A stretch of DNA of 64,000 nucleotides from Methanobacteriota archaeon. GTDB lineage: Archaea; JAADCQ01; Methanopyri; Methanopyrales; Methanopyraceae. Position 1 is the stretch's first letter; each line of letters starts with the position of its first letter. The notes under the pieces were generated by a model that saw nothing but the letters and a program-made list of their open reading frames with translations, was not told the DNA's origin and did not search any database. Location of the stretch: assembly GCA_027064425.1 (NCBI GenBank), contig JAMOPO010000027.1, positions 32,001 through 96,000 of the forward strand, written 5' to 3'. This document shows positions 1 to 8,825 of the stretch, in pieces. The translations under genes and the position numbers were made by a program.

Positions 1-17
1 GGAGCCCGACCCGGCTA

Positions 18-40
18 AACGTTATTGAACTCGAAACGAT
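18..40. repeat. Conserved palindrome copy 1 (AACGTTATTG-AAC-TCGAAACGAT)
   Basis: CGTT-N11-AACG core; 6 nt downstream of the tRNA-Trp CCA end. Confidence 0.75.
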
Positions 41-46
41 TCGGGC

Positions 47-202
47 TGGTGGGCCCGCCGGGATTTGAACCCGGGTCACGGGGTGTCTTCGACCCGCCTC
101 ATCGCTCCAAGGGGCTCCACACCAGAGCCCCGGCACACCCCATGCCAGTCATCGGCGGGCCCCTGGAGCCCCGCATGATAGACCAGGCTACACCGCGGGC
201 CC
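47..202 (-). tRNA. tRNA-Trp(CCA) with a 78-nt intron at 37/38 (intron 85-162); genomic C8; CCA encoded
   Basis: Reverse complement folds as a cloverleaf: GGGCCCG/CGGGCCC acceptor, CT-CCA-G anticodon loop, GTTCAAATC T-loop, ACCA end. Confidence 0.96.
85..162 (-). ncRNA. Intron-encoded box C/D guide RNA for tRNA-Trp Cm34 and Cm39
   Basis: C-like CGATGA; guide ATGGGGTGT pairs with the intron/exon-2 junction (N+5 from D' CCGG = C39); guide TTGGAGC pairs with the anticodon arm (N+5 from D ATGA = C34); matches the known euryarchaeal pre-tRNA-Trp arrangement. Confidence 0.8.
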
Positions 203-231
203 GACACCCAGGCCGGGGCGACCCCAGCCGA

Positions 232-242
232 ATACTTAAGCG
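232..242 (-). promoter_or_regulatory. Probable TATA box of tRNA-Trp
   Basis: CTTAAGTAT on the minus strand about 30 nt upstream of the tRNA 5' end. Confidence 0.55.
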
Positions 243-253
243 TTGCCCCGACC

Positions 254-276
254 TACGTTACGAGGCTCGCAACGAT
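254..276. repeat. Conserved palindrome copy 2 (TACGTTACGA-GGC-TCGCAACGAT)
   Basis: Near-consensus copy just upstream of the tRNA-Trp promoter. Confidence 0.8.
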
Positions 277-564
277 ACGCGGCGGGGCGATGAACCCTGA
301 CGTCGCCAGTCGGCACGCTTCGGGCGTCCCGGGAGTCCTGGAGGCCCCGTGATACACACTTCAACCAGACTCATCGGGTGCGCCGTGGTTCCCCTCCCGC
401 GAGCCCGCCGGAGTCGGTTCCCCCGCGGCTCCGCTGGCGACTGGCCCCCGGCCGGGACGTCCCCCTGCGGCCCCGTCGGGCCGGGACCGTTCTGGGCGTC
501 GCAACGATGCGCCCAGGCCCAATTTAGTCGACGGTTCGAGGGATCCATCCGGGGGGAGGCCGGG

Positions 565-1482
565 ATGCTCCACGGTCGCGTGGAAGAGGTGCTCCGGAAG
601 CAGGGTTACGGTCTCGTGGGCAAGCATTCGGCCGTGAAGCCCTGCCACTGGTGCCGGGAGGCGATCAAGAACGGGCGGCACTGCTACAAGGCCAAGTTCT
701 ACGGGGTGGAGAGCCATCGCTGCCTTCAGATGACGCCCACGGTCGCGTGGTGTCAGCAGCGGTGCGTGTACTGCTGGAGGCCCGTCGAGCTAACGGAGGG
801 GACCGACGACGTTCCGGACCCGGACGACCCGGATCTGATCGTGGAGAGAAGCGTCGAGGAGCAGCGGCGCTTCCTGCAGGGCTACGGTCATCTGGAGGGT
901 GAGGCGCGGAGGCGGTGGAAGGAGGCGATGGAGCCGCGGCACGCGGCGATCAGCCTGGCGGGCGAGCCCACGCTGTACCCGCGCATCGGGGAGCTCATCG
1001 ACGCGTTCCACTCGCACGGATTCAAGACGACTTTCCTGGTCACTAACGGCCTGCGGCCCGACCGGATCGAGTCGTTAGAGCGCGAACCCACCCAGCTGTA
1101 CGTGTCCCTGGACGCGCCCAACGAGGACCTGCATCGCCGGATTAACCGGCCGATGGTGCCGGACTCCTGGGAGCGGATCCGCCAGACCCTGGAGCTGCTG
1201 AGCTCCCTCAGCTGTCGTACCGTAATTCGGATCACCGCGATCAAGGGGTGGAACATGGACGGGACGGCGGAGGAGTTCGGCCGGCTGCTGGCCGAGGTGG
1301 AGCCGGACTACGTCGAGGTCAAGGGGTTCATGTGCGTGGGATGGGCGGCGTTCCGGATGACGCCGGACAACATGCCCAGCCACGAGGAGGTGAAGGAGTT
1401 CGCCGCCGAGATCGCCGAGCACGCCGGGTTCGAGCTCGTGGACGAGTCGCCACCCAGCCGCGTCGCCCTCCTGTCCTCCTAG
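565..1482 (+). CDS. taw1: 4-demethylwyosine (imG-14) synthase, radical SAM
   Basis: HSAVKPCHW, CYKAKFYGVESHRCLQMTP, CQQRCVYCWR, AISLAGEPTLYP; ATG at 565 after a GGAGG RBS. Confidence 0.93.
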   Translation: MLHGRVEEVLRKQGYGLVGKHSAVKPCHWCREAIKNGRHCYKAKFYGVESHRCLQMTPTVAWCQQRCVYCWRPVELTEGTDDVPDPDDPDLIVERSVEEQRRFLQGYGHLEGEARRRWKEAMEPRHAAISLAGEPTLYPRIGELIDAFHSHGFKTTFLVTNGLRPDRIESLEREPTQLYVSLDAPNEDLHRRINRPMVPDSWERIRQTLELLSSLSCRTVIRITAIKGWNMDGTAEEFGRLLAEVEPDYVEVKGFMCVGWAAFRMTPDNMPSHEEVKEFAAEIAEHAGFELVDESPPSRVALLSS

Positions 1483-1846
1483 GCGCGTACTCACCCCGGG
1501 CGACTCCGCGGCAATGAGTTTAGGGCGCGCTACCCTCGCCCCGGACTCGACTCTGATGGCCAGTGCTAGGCGGGTCGAGCGCCCGGCGCGCTAACGACGC
1601 GGCGGTCAGGCTCGGGGCATCGGGCCGGCCGAGGTCGGTGTGCACGCGTCTGGCACCGTGTCCGCGGCTGCGGGCGCGCCGATCCGGCTGTCGCCGGAGC
1701 CGCGGGCGCCGCCGGGCTACCCCCCCGCGCCAAGGGGCTCGTCACCGCAGAATCGGGAGGATCGAGCCCGGGAGGACTCCGCTGCGAACTGCCGCGTGGC
1801 TTACCCGGTTCTTGATGTTCCGGAAACACCTTTGGAGGGAAGTCGG

Positions 1847-2770
1847 ATGATCGTCCGGCTGGCCTGGGCGGTGATGGACTTCCTGGTGACGGTGCTGAAG
1901 GTGGCTCCGATGGTCTTCCTGGGCTTCTTCGCGGCCTCGCTGATGACGGGGTTGAGGGTACACGAGAGGATGGGTAGGCTGCTGGGAGACCGGCTGGCGG
2001 GCTGGGGACTCACCCCGGAGGCCGCCTCGGCGCTGGCGGCCTCACTGGTGAGTCCAAGCGCCAGCTACCCGATGCTCGCGGAGCTTCAGCGGGATGGGCG
2101 GCTGGACGATCGGGACGTGGTGCTGCTGGTCGTGGCGACGACGCTCCCGACGACGGTCGGCGAGATGCTCCTCAAGGGACCCCTCTTCGCGGCCCTGGCG
2201 ATCCTGGGCCCGAAGCTCGGCCTGGAGTACGTGGGCGCGCTCCTGCTCTCGGCCTCGATTCAGACCGTGCCGGCCCTGTTGGTCTACGGTCGACGAAGGT
2301 CCCGCGCGGGTGGTTCACCCGACGTGCCGGTCGGTCCCGGAGCCGCCCAGCCGGTGAGGGAGGTCGTGAGGAGTGCGCTGCGAAGGGCGGCGCGGCGCAT
2401 GGCTCACGTGCTCCCGCGGATGATCGGGGTGGGCGCGCTGACCGTGGTGTTGGCCGAGCTCGTCCGGTGGCACGTTCGAGGCGGGTTCGGCCCGGTGCTG
2501 GCCACGGTGCTGGCCAACCTGAGCCACTACACCGTTGGGTACGCGACGGTGGCCGAGTTCGTCCGCCGGGGAATGCTCTCGGAGCGGGAGGCGGTCGCGG
2601 CGCTGCTGATCGCCGGCTGTGCGAACGTGCTGGCGATCTTCCTGCGCGCGTCGCTGGCCACGTACGTGTCGATCTTTGGGGGTCGGCTGGGAGTTAAGGT
2701 GTGGGCGGCGAACCTGGGGACGAGTATCGGGGCGAGGTTGCTGGTGGCCGGACTGCTGCTGCTGGCGTGA
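1847..2770 (+). CDS. Multi-pass membrane protein (nucleoside-recognition/Gate-like, methanogen family)
   Basis: About 8 hydrophobic segments in two repeated halves; GGAGG RBS before ATG 1847. Confidence 0.65.
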   Translation: MIVRLAWAVMDFLVTVLKVAPMVFLGFFAASLMTGLRVHERMGRLLGDRLAGWGLTPEAASALAASLVSPSASYPMLAELQRDGRLDDRDVVLLVVATTLPTTVGEMLLKGPLFAALAILGPKLGLEYVGALLLSASIQTVPALLVYGRRRSRAGGSPDVPVGPGAAQPVREVVRSALRRAARRMAHVLPRMIGVGALTVVLAELVRWHVRGGFGPVLATVLANLSHYTVGYATVAEFVRRGMLSEREAVAALLIAGCANVLAIFLRASLATYVSIFGGRLGVKVWAANLGTSIGARLLVAGLLLLA

Positions 2771-2780
2771 TCGAGGGGTG

Positions 2781-2790
2781 AACTTTATAG
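2781..2790 (+). promoter_or_regulatory. Probable TATA box for alba
   Basis: AACTTTATAG in the intergenic region upstream of alba. Confidence 0.5.
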
Positions 2791-2849
2791 CGTCCGCTCA
2801 GGGCGCGAAACCGCGCTAAAGGCGCAAAGCGGCGCGAGGGGTGGTTTCG

Positions 2850-3134
2850 ATGGCGGAAGAGGAGAACGTCATCTACGTCGGCAACAAGCCCGTGACCAAC
2901 TACGTGCTCGCCGTGATGACGCAGTTCAGTGAGGGCGCCGACGAGGTCAAGCTGGTGGCCAGGGGCCGGGCCATCAGCCGGGCCGTCGACGTCGCCGAGT
3001 TCATCAGGAACAACGTCATGCCGGAGGTGGAAGTGAAGGACATTGAGATCGGCACCGAGGAGATCGAAACGGAGGAAGGAGACACGATCAGCGTGTCCAC
3101 GATCGCCATTACGCTGGTTAAGCCCTCGGAGTAA
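2850..3134 (+). CDS. albA: DNA/RNA-binding protein Alba
   Basis: [35 protein letters not shown] motifs. Confidence 0.96.
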   Translation: MAEEENVIYVGNKPVTNYVLAVMTQFSEGADEVKLVARGRAISRAVDVAEFIRNNVMPEVEVKDIEIGTEEIETEEGDTISVSTIAITLVKPSE

Positions 3135-3166
3135 GCCCCTCCTTCCTCCCACGCCCCCTTACGAGG

Positions 3167-3982
3167 GTGCCCTTCTTGTCGCTTAAAGTTGAGGACGTGA
3201 TGACGGAAGACCCGGTCACGGTCGACGCGGACCAGTCCCTCAAGTTCGCCCTCCGCACGATGGAACGCGAGCGGGTCAACCGGCTCCTCGTGACCGAGCG
3301 CGTCTCTGAGGGTCGGAAGGAGCTAGTTGGGATCATCACCGTCCTCGACGCCGCGCTCGCGGTTGCCGACGCGCGCTTCGGTGACGTCCCGCCGTCGCGG
3401 ATTAAGGTCTCCGAGGTCATGACCTCGCCCGTCGTGACCATTTCCCCGGACGCGACCGTGGACCAGGCGATCAAGACGATGCTCTCCCACGGGATCTCCG
3501 GCCTGCCCGTCCTGGACGGGGACCGGCTCGTCGGCATCGTCACCAAGACCGACCTGCTCGACCTGGTCGAGTCCGAGGACTACGTCGCCCTGCACATGAC
3601 CAAAAACCCCGTTACGGTGTCCGCGGGGGCCAGCCTGCTCCACGCTCGCCGGCTGATGTTCGAGGAGGGCGCGAAGGTCCTTCCCGTCGTGGAGCGTGAG
3701 CGCCTGTCGGGCCTCCTCACAGATAGGACTTTGGCCGTGGAACTGGCGCGGCTGAGGGAGAAAACGCCCAAGGGTAAGTTCAAGTCGAGGCTGAAGCGGG
3801 TGCTCGTGGACGACGTCATGCGCCCACCGGTGGCGGTTAGGACGGACTTCGGCCTGGTGGACGCGGCGGAGCTGATCGCGCGGAAGCGCGTGCCGGGCCT
3901 GCCCGTGGTTAACTACCGGGATGAGGTGGTCGGGGTGATCACCAAGACGGACCTCCTCCGGACCCTGGTGGAGGGAACCTAG
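3167..3982 (+). CDS. CBS-domain protein (four CBS domains)
   Basis: Repeated VEDVMT..PVTV / LPV...LVGIVTKTDLL units. Confidence 0.9.
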   Translation: MPFLSLKVEDVMTEDPVTVDADQSLKFALRTMERERVNRLLVTERVSEGRKELVGIITVLDAALAVADARFGDVPPSRIKVSEVMTSPVVTISPDATVDQAIKTMLSHGISGLPVLDGDRLVGIVTKTDLLDLVESEDYVALHMTKNPVTVSAGASLLHARRLMFEEGAKVLPVVERERLSGLLTDRTLAVELARLREKTPKGKFKSRLKRVLVDDVMRPPVAVRTDFGLVDAAELIARKRVPGLPVVNYRDEVVGVITKTDLLRTLVEGT

Positions 3983-6019
3983 TTGTCACTCGTCGGGATC
4001 GACATCGGCGGCACTTTCACCGACCTCGTCGAGTACGACGGCCGGCGCCTCCGGGTCAAAAAGGTGCCCTCTTCACCCCGGCGGCCCGAGCGGGCCTTCA
4101 AGCGCGCCCTGTCGGAGGTGAAAGGGTCACCGGACGCCGTCCTTCACGCGACCACGATCGGCACGAACGCGTTCCTGGGGCAGCGCGGGCTCGAGCTTCC
4201 GAAGGTCGCCCTAATCACCACGCTCGGCTTCCGGGACCTCATCGAGATCGGTCGCCAGGTCCGGCCCCAAATGTACACCCTGGAGCCCAGGAAGCCCGAG
4301 CCGCTGGTCCCGCGCAGCCTGAGATTCGAGGTCAAGGAGCGGGTGTCCCCGGACGGCGAGGTGATCGTCCCGGTGGACGAGGACGGGCTCCGGGAGATCG
4401 CTCGAGAACTGCGCTCGAGGAACGTTCGCGTGGTCGTCATCTCCTTCCTGCACGCGTACGCGAACCCCGAGAACGAGAAGCGGGCGAAAGAAGTGCTGAG
4501 AAAGGAGCTCGGCGATGAGGTGGAGATCGTCTGCTCCCACGAGGTGTGCCGGGAGTACCGGGAGTACGAGCGCACGTCCACGGCGTTGGTGAACGCGGTC
4601 CTGCGCCCGCTGGTGAGCGAGTACGTGGAGCGAACGCGCGAGGCCGTCCGGAAGGCGGGCGCCTCGGATTACCTCCTGATGCAGTCTGACGGGTACGCGG
4701 TGCCGGCGGAGCGTGTCATACACACTCCGGCCAAGCTGATCGAGTCGGGACCGGCCGCCGGGGTGGTGGCGACGCGGGTCGTGGGCGAGTGGCTGGGCGA
4801 GTCCCGGCTTATATCGTTCGACATGGGCGGGACGACGGCGAAGGCGGGGACGGTCGTTGACGGGCGCTACGAGGTGACTAAGGAGTACGAGGTGGGCGGC
4901 GAGACTCACCGCGGTCGGCGCATCCGGGGCTCCGGGTACCCGGTGCTGCACCGGTTCGTCGACCTGACCGAGTGCAGCGCGGGCGGCGGGACGATCGTCT
5001 GGGTGGACGAGGCCGGCGCGCTGCGCGTCGGGCCCATCAGCGCCGGTGCGGATCCCGGCCCGGTGTGTTACGGGAAGGGCGGCGCTGACCCGACGATCAC
5101 TGACGCCAACGTGACGCTGGGCCGGCTGAACCGGAAGGCGTTGTTAGGAGGCGAGATGCCCATCGACGCGGGGGCGGCGGACCGAGCGTTCAAAGGTCTA
5201 GCGGAGGCCGTGGGCGACGAGCCCGAGGAGGTGGCCTACCAGGCCATTCGGCTCGCGGTGGAGGAGATGGCGCGCATCGTCCGCATCGTCACCGTGGAGC
5301 GGGGGCACGATCCTCGGGACTTCTCCCTGGTGGCCTTCGGCGGGGCGGGCCCACTCCACGCGGCCGAGCTGGCGGAGGTGCTGGGCGTCCAGCGCGTGAT
5401 CGTGCCGCAGCACCCCGGCGTCTTCTCGGCGTTCGGGCTGCTGGCCGCTGAGACGGCCTGGGAGCACGTGGTCCCGGTGCTGAAGTCCACGGGGGAGCTG
5501 GAGGACGAGGAGCTGGAGCGCGCGATAAGCGAGGCCGTGTCGCGCGCCTCGAAGGTACTGCCCGGCGAGCCGGACGAGGTGCGAGTTATCGTCGAGGCCC
5601 GGTATCAGGGCCAGGCTCACGAGCTGGACGTCGACGTGGAACCCAAGACCTCGGTGAAGGACGTGGAGGAGGCGTTCCACGCCCGCCACGAGGCCGTGCA
5701 CGGGTTCCGTCTGGACGCTCCGGTTGAGATCGTGAACGTGCGGGCCGTGGCCGTCGCCCGCCGGGAGCCCCCGAGGCCGGAGCCGCTGAAGGAAGGGGGA
5801 GAGGAGAACCCGGACCGGGCGGTGAACGAGCGCCGGGAGGTTTACTTCGAGGACGAGGGGTTCGTGGAGGCCCCCGTCTTCGACCGAGGGCGGCTCCGGG
5901 CGGGGGATGAGATCGAGGGGCCCGCGGTCATTGAGGAGTACGACTCCACGACGCTCGTTCCGCCGGGGTGGAGGGCGCGCGTCCACGAGTTAGGCGCCCT
6001 GATTCTGACCCGGGAGTGA
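3983..6019 (+). CDS. Hydantoinase A / 5-oxoprolinase family ATP-binding subunit
   Basis: GIDIGGTFTD, REYERTSTALVNA, SGPAAG, DMGGTT, GPISAGADPGPVCYG, AFGGAGPLHA. Confidence 0.92.
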   Translation: MSLVGIDIGGTFTDLVEYDGRRLRVKKVPSSPRRPERAFKRALSEVKGSPDAVLHATTIGTNAFLGQRGLELPKVALITTLGFRDLIEIGRQVRPQMYTLEPRKPEPLVPRSLRFEVKERVSPDGEVIVPVDEDGLREIARELRSRNVRVVVISFLHAYANPENEKRAKEVLRKELGDEVEIVCSHEVCREYREYERTSTALVNAVLRPLVSEYVERTREAVRKAGASDYLLMQSDGYAVPAERVIHTPAKLIESGPAAGVVATRVVGEWLGESRLISFDMGGTTAKAGTVVDGRYEVTKEYEVGGETHRGRRIRGSGYPVLHRFVDLTECSAGGGTIVWVDEAGALRVGPISAGADPGPVCYGKGGADPTITDANVTLGRLNRKALLGGEMPIDAGAADRAFKGLAEAVGDEPEEVAYQAIRLAVEEMARIVRIVTVERGHDPRDFSLVAFGGAGPLHAAELAEVLGVQRVIVPQHPGVFSAFGLLAAETAWEHVVPVLKSTGELEDEELERAISEAVSRASKVLPGEPDEVRVIVEARYQGQAHELDVDVEPKTSVKDVEEAFHARHEAVHGFRLDAPVEIVNVRAVAVARREPPRPEPLKEGGEENPDRAVNERREVYFEDEGFVEAPVFDRGRLRAGDEIEGPAVIEEYDSTTLVPPGWRARVHELGALILTRE

Positions 6020-6034
6020 TCCGCCCAGGCGCCG

Positions 6035-6057
6035 ATCGTTTTGATAATCAGAACGAT
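6035..6057. repeat. Conserved palindrome copy 3 (ATCGTTTTGA-TAA-TCAGAACGAT)
   Basis: 6 nt downstream of the tRNA-Cys CCA end. Confidence 0.8.
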
Positions 6058-6063
6058 TCCCGG

Positions 6064-6139
6064 TGGAGCCGCGGCCGGGATTTGAACCCGGGTTACGGGA
6101 TCTGCAGTCCCGCGCCCCGCCAGGCTAGGCTGCCGCGGC
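6064..6139 (-). tRNA. tRNA-Cys(GCA); genomic C8; U73; CCA encoded
   Basis: GCCGCGG/CCGCGGC acceptor, CGGGA-CT-GCA-GA-TCCCG anticodon arm, GTTCAAATC T-loop. Confidence 0.96.
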
Positions 6140-6189
6140 CTCGGTGGGGCCGTGCGTGCGCACCCGGCCCCCAGTTTTAAGTCTTTCCC

Positions 6190-7629
6190 CTACGGCGGCT
6201 CCACCCCGGGCCGCTCGTACAGCCACACCTCCGCCCACTGACCCACGCGGACCCCACCGCGCACGATCTCGAACGCCCTCACCGACACCTCGTCGGGCTC
6301 GAACCCCGCGACCTCAGACGCCAGCTCGACGAGCTCCTCCTCATCGTACACCCTGCCCTTCTCCACCTCGAACCGCTCGCCCGCCGGGACCACGTGCCCG
6401 TAGCCGCGCTCCGTGTGCACGTACACCGTCGCCTCTCGCGCCCTCTTCGCGACCGCGCACCCGACGGCGTTGCACACCGGGTGGTGCGGGACCACCTCGC
6501 CCACGCCAGTGAGCTCCCGGTACTCCTCCGCCAGCCCTCCCGCCCAGAGGACCTTCTCGCCTTCCAAGCGCTCCCTCAGCTCCCGGCGGACCTCGACCAG
6601 GACCCGCTCGGCCACCTCCTCGGGATCTCCGAGCTCCCTCAGCGCCCGCCGGGACTCGCGCGGGTCGCCGTCCGGCTCCGGGTCATGGTACCCGGCGACC
6701 ACCAGCGCGTCCGTGATCGTCGGCTTCGAGCCCCCGTAGCACGCGGGCAGGGACGTCTCCTCAGTGACCCCATCCTCGGAGAGGACCGCGTTACCGCCCA
6801 GGGGGAGCGACCTTACCTTGGCCGCGAGCACCGAGGTCGGGTGCCCGAACAGGGTGGCGTTCCGCTCCACCATCGGGGCCCCGTCCCGCGCCCGCACGAG
6901 GTCCACGGTCGATCCTCCCACGTCGGCCAGCAGGAAGTCGCGCTCTCCCGACAGGTACGCGGCACCCAGCACGCCCGCCGCCGGGCCGGAGTGCAGGACG
7001 TTTACCGGGACGCGCAGCGCCTCCCGGGGCGTTTGAAGCCCGCCGTCTCCGCGCAAGACTCCGTCAACGTCGCCTATGGATCGGAGGAACCTGCGCGTCA
7101 CCCGCTTCACCCGGGCGCTGAGCACGGCCGTGGCGACGCGGCGGGGGAAGCTGCCCCGAGGGACGTGGTGGCCCGGGACCACGGCGAGCGCCTCATCCCT
7201 GACGGCCTCGGCGATCTTCGCCTCCAGCTCCGAGTTCCGCTGCGAGAACTTCGAGACGACGGCGACGGCGTGCTCCGCGGGCGCGGTGACGGAGTCCGGG
7301 TCCACGTCCTCGACCACGTCCCCCTTGTGGTCCACGTACCCCTCCACCACCTCCATGCTGTCGGCGAGCTCCCCGAGCGGGCTCGGGTCGAGCCCGGGGC
7401 CCGGGATCACGACCAGGTGGACTGGGTCGCCCCGGTCCCGGACGAGCGCGTTGATGGGGAGGGTCGTGCTGACGCGGCGCTCGTCCGCCTCCAGCTCCCT
7501 CAGAGCCTTTTTCGTGGGCTCGACGAGCCTCCCATCGCGAAGGACCTTAACGCTCTCGACGACCTCCCCGTCCTCCAGGACCACCGCGTCCACGTGCGTG
7601 CTGCCCGTGTCCAGGCCGAGCACGCGCAC
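6190..7629 (-). CDS. Hydantoinase/oxoprolinase family protein (short form)
   Basis: LGLDTGSTHVDAV, STTLPINA, SGPAAG, DVGGSTVD, PTITDA. Confidence 0.85.
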   Translation of the reverse strand: MRVLGLDTGSTHVDAVVLEDGEVVESVKVLRDGRLVEPTKKALRELEADERRVSTTLPINALVRDRGDPVHLVVIPGPGLDPSPLGELADSMEVVEGYVDHKGDVVEDVDPDSVTAPAEHAVAVVSKFSQRNSELEAKIAEAVRDEALAVVPGHHVPRGSFPRRVATAVLSARVKRVTRRFLRSIGDVDGVLRGDGGLQTPREALRVPVNVLHSGPAAGVLGAAYLSGERDFLLADVGGSTVDLVRARDGAPMVERNATLFGHPTSVLAAKVRSLPLGGNAVLSEDGVTEETSLPACYGGSKPTITDALVVAGYHDPEPDGDPRESRRALRELGDPEEVAERVLVEVRRELRERLEGEKVLWAGGLAEEYRELTGVGEVVPHHPVCNAVGCAVAKRAREATVYVHTERGYGHVVPAGERFEVEKGRVYDEEELVELASEVAGFEPDEVSVRAFEIVRGGVRVGQWAEVWLYERPGVEPP

Positions 7630-7709
7630 CGGCGGTCCCCCTCAGTAATAAGGGACCTCCTCATCGGTCGGCAAGCCGGCCTCTCCTCATCGGGGGGTCC
7701 GCGAGGTTG

Positions 7710-8801
7710 ATGGAACTGAAGGTCCTGGCGGCGACCGCGCTGTGGGTGGTGGTCGAGAGGGACTACCCGTTCGCCACTTATTACCAGAACGTGGACCTGC
7801 AGCGGCTGATTCAGGTTCACCCGCGGACGGTCTGCGTCGACCCCTACTCCGGGCCCGGAGGAGACCCGTGGACTCTGGAGGAGCTGGGCCGGTTAAGGAG
7901 GGCGGGGATACGGCCGGTTGCGTACCTGACCCTCGGGGTCGTGCCGAGATTCCATCCGGACCTGTTCCAGCGGGCCCGGGAACTGGGACTGCTGGGCCCC
8001 GAAGACCCGAGGTGGAAGGGGGACTACGCGGTCGAGTTCTGGGACCCTCGGTGGCAGGAGGTCCTGGCCGAGAAGCTCGCGAGCCTGCGTGAGCTAGGCT
8101 TCGAGGGCGTTCTCTTCGACGTCATCGACGTGTGGACGAGCAGGTGGTACGTCCGGTGGTTCGAGGACGTGACGGGGAGATCGCCGGACGAGCTCCGGGA
8201 GCTCGTGTACCGAACCCTGGCCAGGCTCGCCGACGTGGCCCACTCCCTGGGGATGGAGGTCTACGTGTGCGCCGGGGCGGCCATCTACGACAGGGAGTTC
8301 GGCGCGTTCGTGGAGAGGCACGGTATCAAAGTGGTGACCGAGAACGTGATCGCCACGGACAATGGCACGCTGCAGCCCGCCGAGGCGTTCATGGACGCGC
8401 TCGAGGTGCTGATGACTTTGAGCCGGATCACGGACGTTTACGACGTGGAGTACGGGCTGGACCTGGAGGACGAGGAGGTGAAGCGTCGGCTGACACTCCT
8501 CCTCGGCTCGACCAGGGTTCGGGAGGTGTACGTGACCTCCCCGGCGCACGATCGGCTGGGCGTGGCCGTGGTGCCGGCGGGTCGGTCCGGGCGGGTCGGG
8601 ACCGCCGAGGCGAGGACCGGGAGGGGCGAGAGCTCGACCGCGGGTTCCCAGCGCCCGCACCGCGGGGTACCGTTGATCCCGGTGGTTCCCGTGGGGAGGA
8701 GGGGGAAGCTCCGCCCTGCCCAGTCCGTTCATCCCCGGGCGGGTCGGCGTTACAACCCCTCTTCACGGCCGGCGTGCGGGGAGGTGCCGGCGCGGGGATA
8801 A
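7710..8801 (+). CDS. Secreted endo-alpha-1,4-polygalactosaminidase-like hydrolase (MJ1477/TM1410, GH114/PelA-like)
   Basis: AYLTLG, DPRWKGDYAVEFWDPRWQ, GFEGVLFDVID; hydrophobic N-terminus; Pro/Arg-rich C-terminal tail. Confidence 0.72.
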   Translation: MELKVLAATALWVVVERDYPFATYYQNVDLQRLIQVHPRTVCVDPYSGPGGDPWTLEELGRLRRAGIRPVAYLTLGVVPRFHPDLFQRARELGLLGPEDPRWKGDYAVEFWDPRWQEVLAEKLASLRELGFEGVLFDVIDVWTSRWYVRWFEDVTGRSPDELRELVYRTLARLADVAHSLGMEVYVCAGAAIYDREFGAFVERHGIKVVTENVIATDNGTLQPAEAFMDALEVLMTLSRITDVYDVEYGLDLEDEEVKRRLTLLLGSTRVREVYVTSPAHDRLGVAVVPAGRSGRVGTAEARTGRGESSTAGSQRPHRGVPLIPVVPVGRRGKLRPAQSVHPRAGRRYNPSSRPACGEVPARG

Positions 8802-8825
8802 GGGTCCTTCGGGGCGGCGAGGGGC

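Noticed and set aside
1505-1565. Fluoride (crcB) riboswitch-like GGCAATGA...CTGATGGC
   Set aside because: The P1 stem and pseudoknot pairing could not be formed.
1483-1846. SRP RNA or RNase P RNA in the long intergenic gap
   Set aside because: No SRP helix-8 motif and no RNase P CR-I/CR-V motifs on either strand.
6064-8801. MJ1477-family gene near tRNA-Cys as an alternative cysteinyl-tRNA synthetase
   Set aside because: That old annotation is superseded; the protein looks like a secreted glycoside hydrolase, and SepCysS is present in the window.
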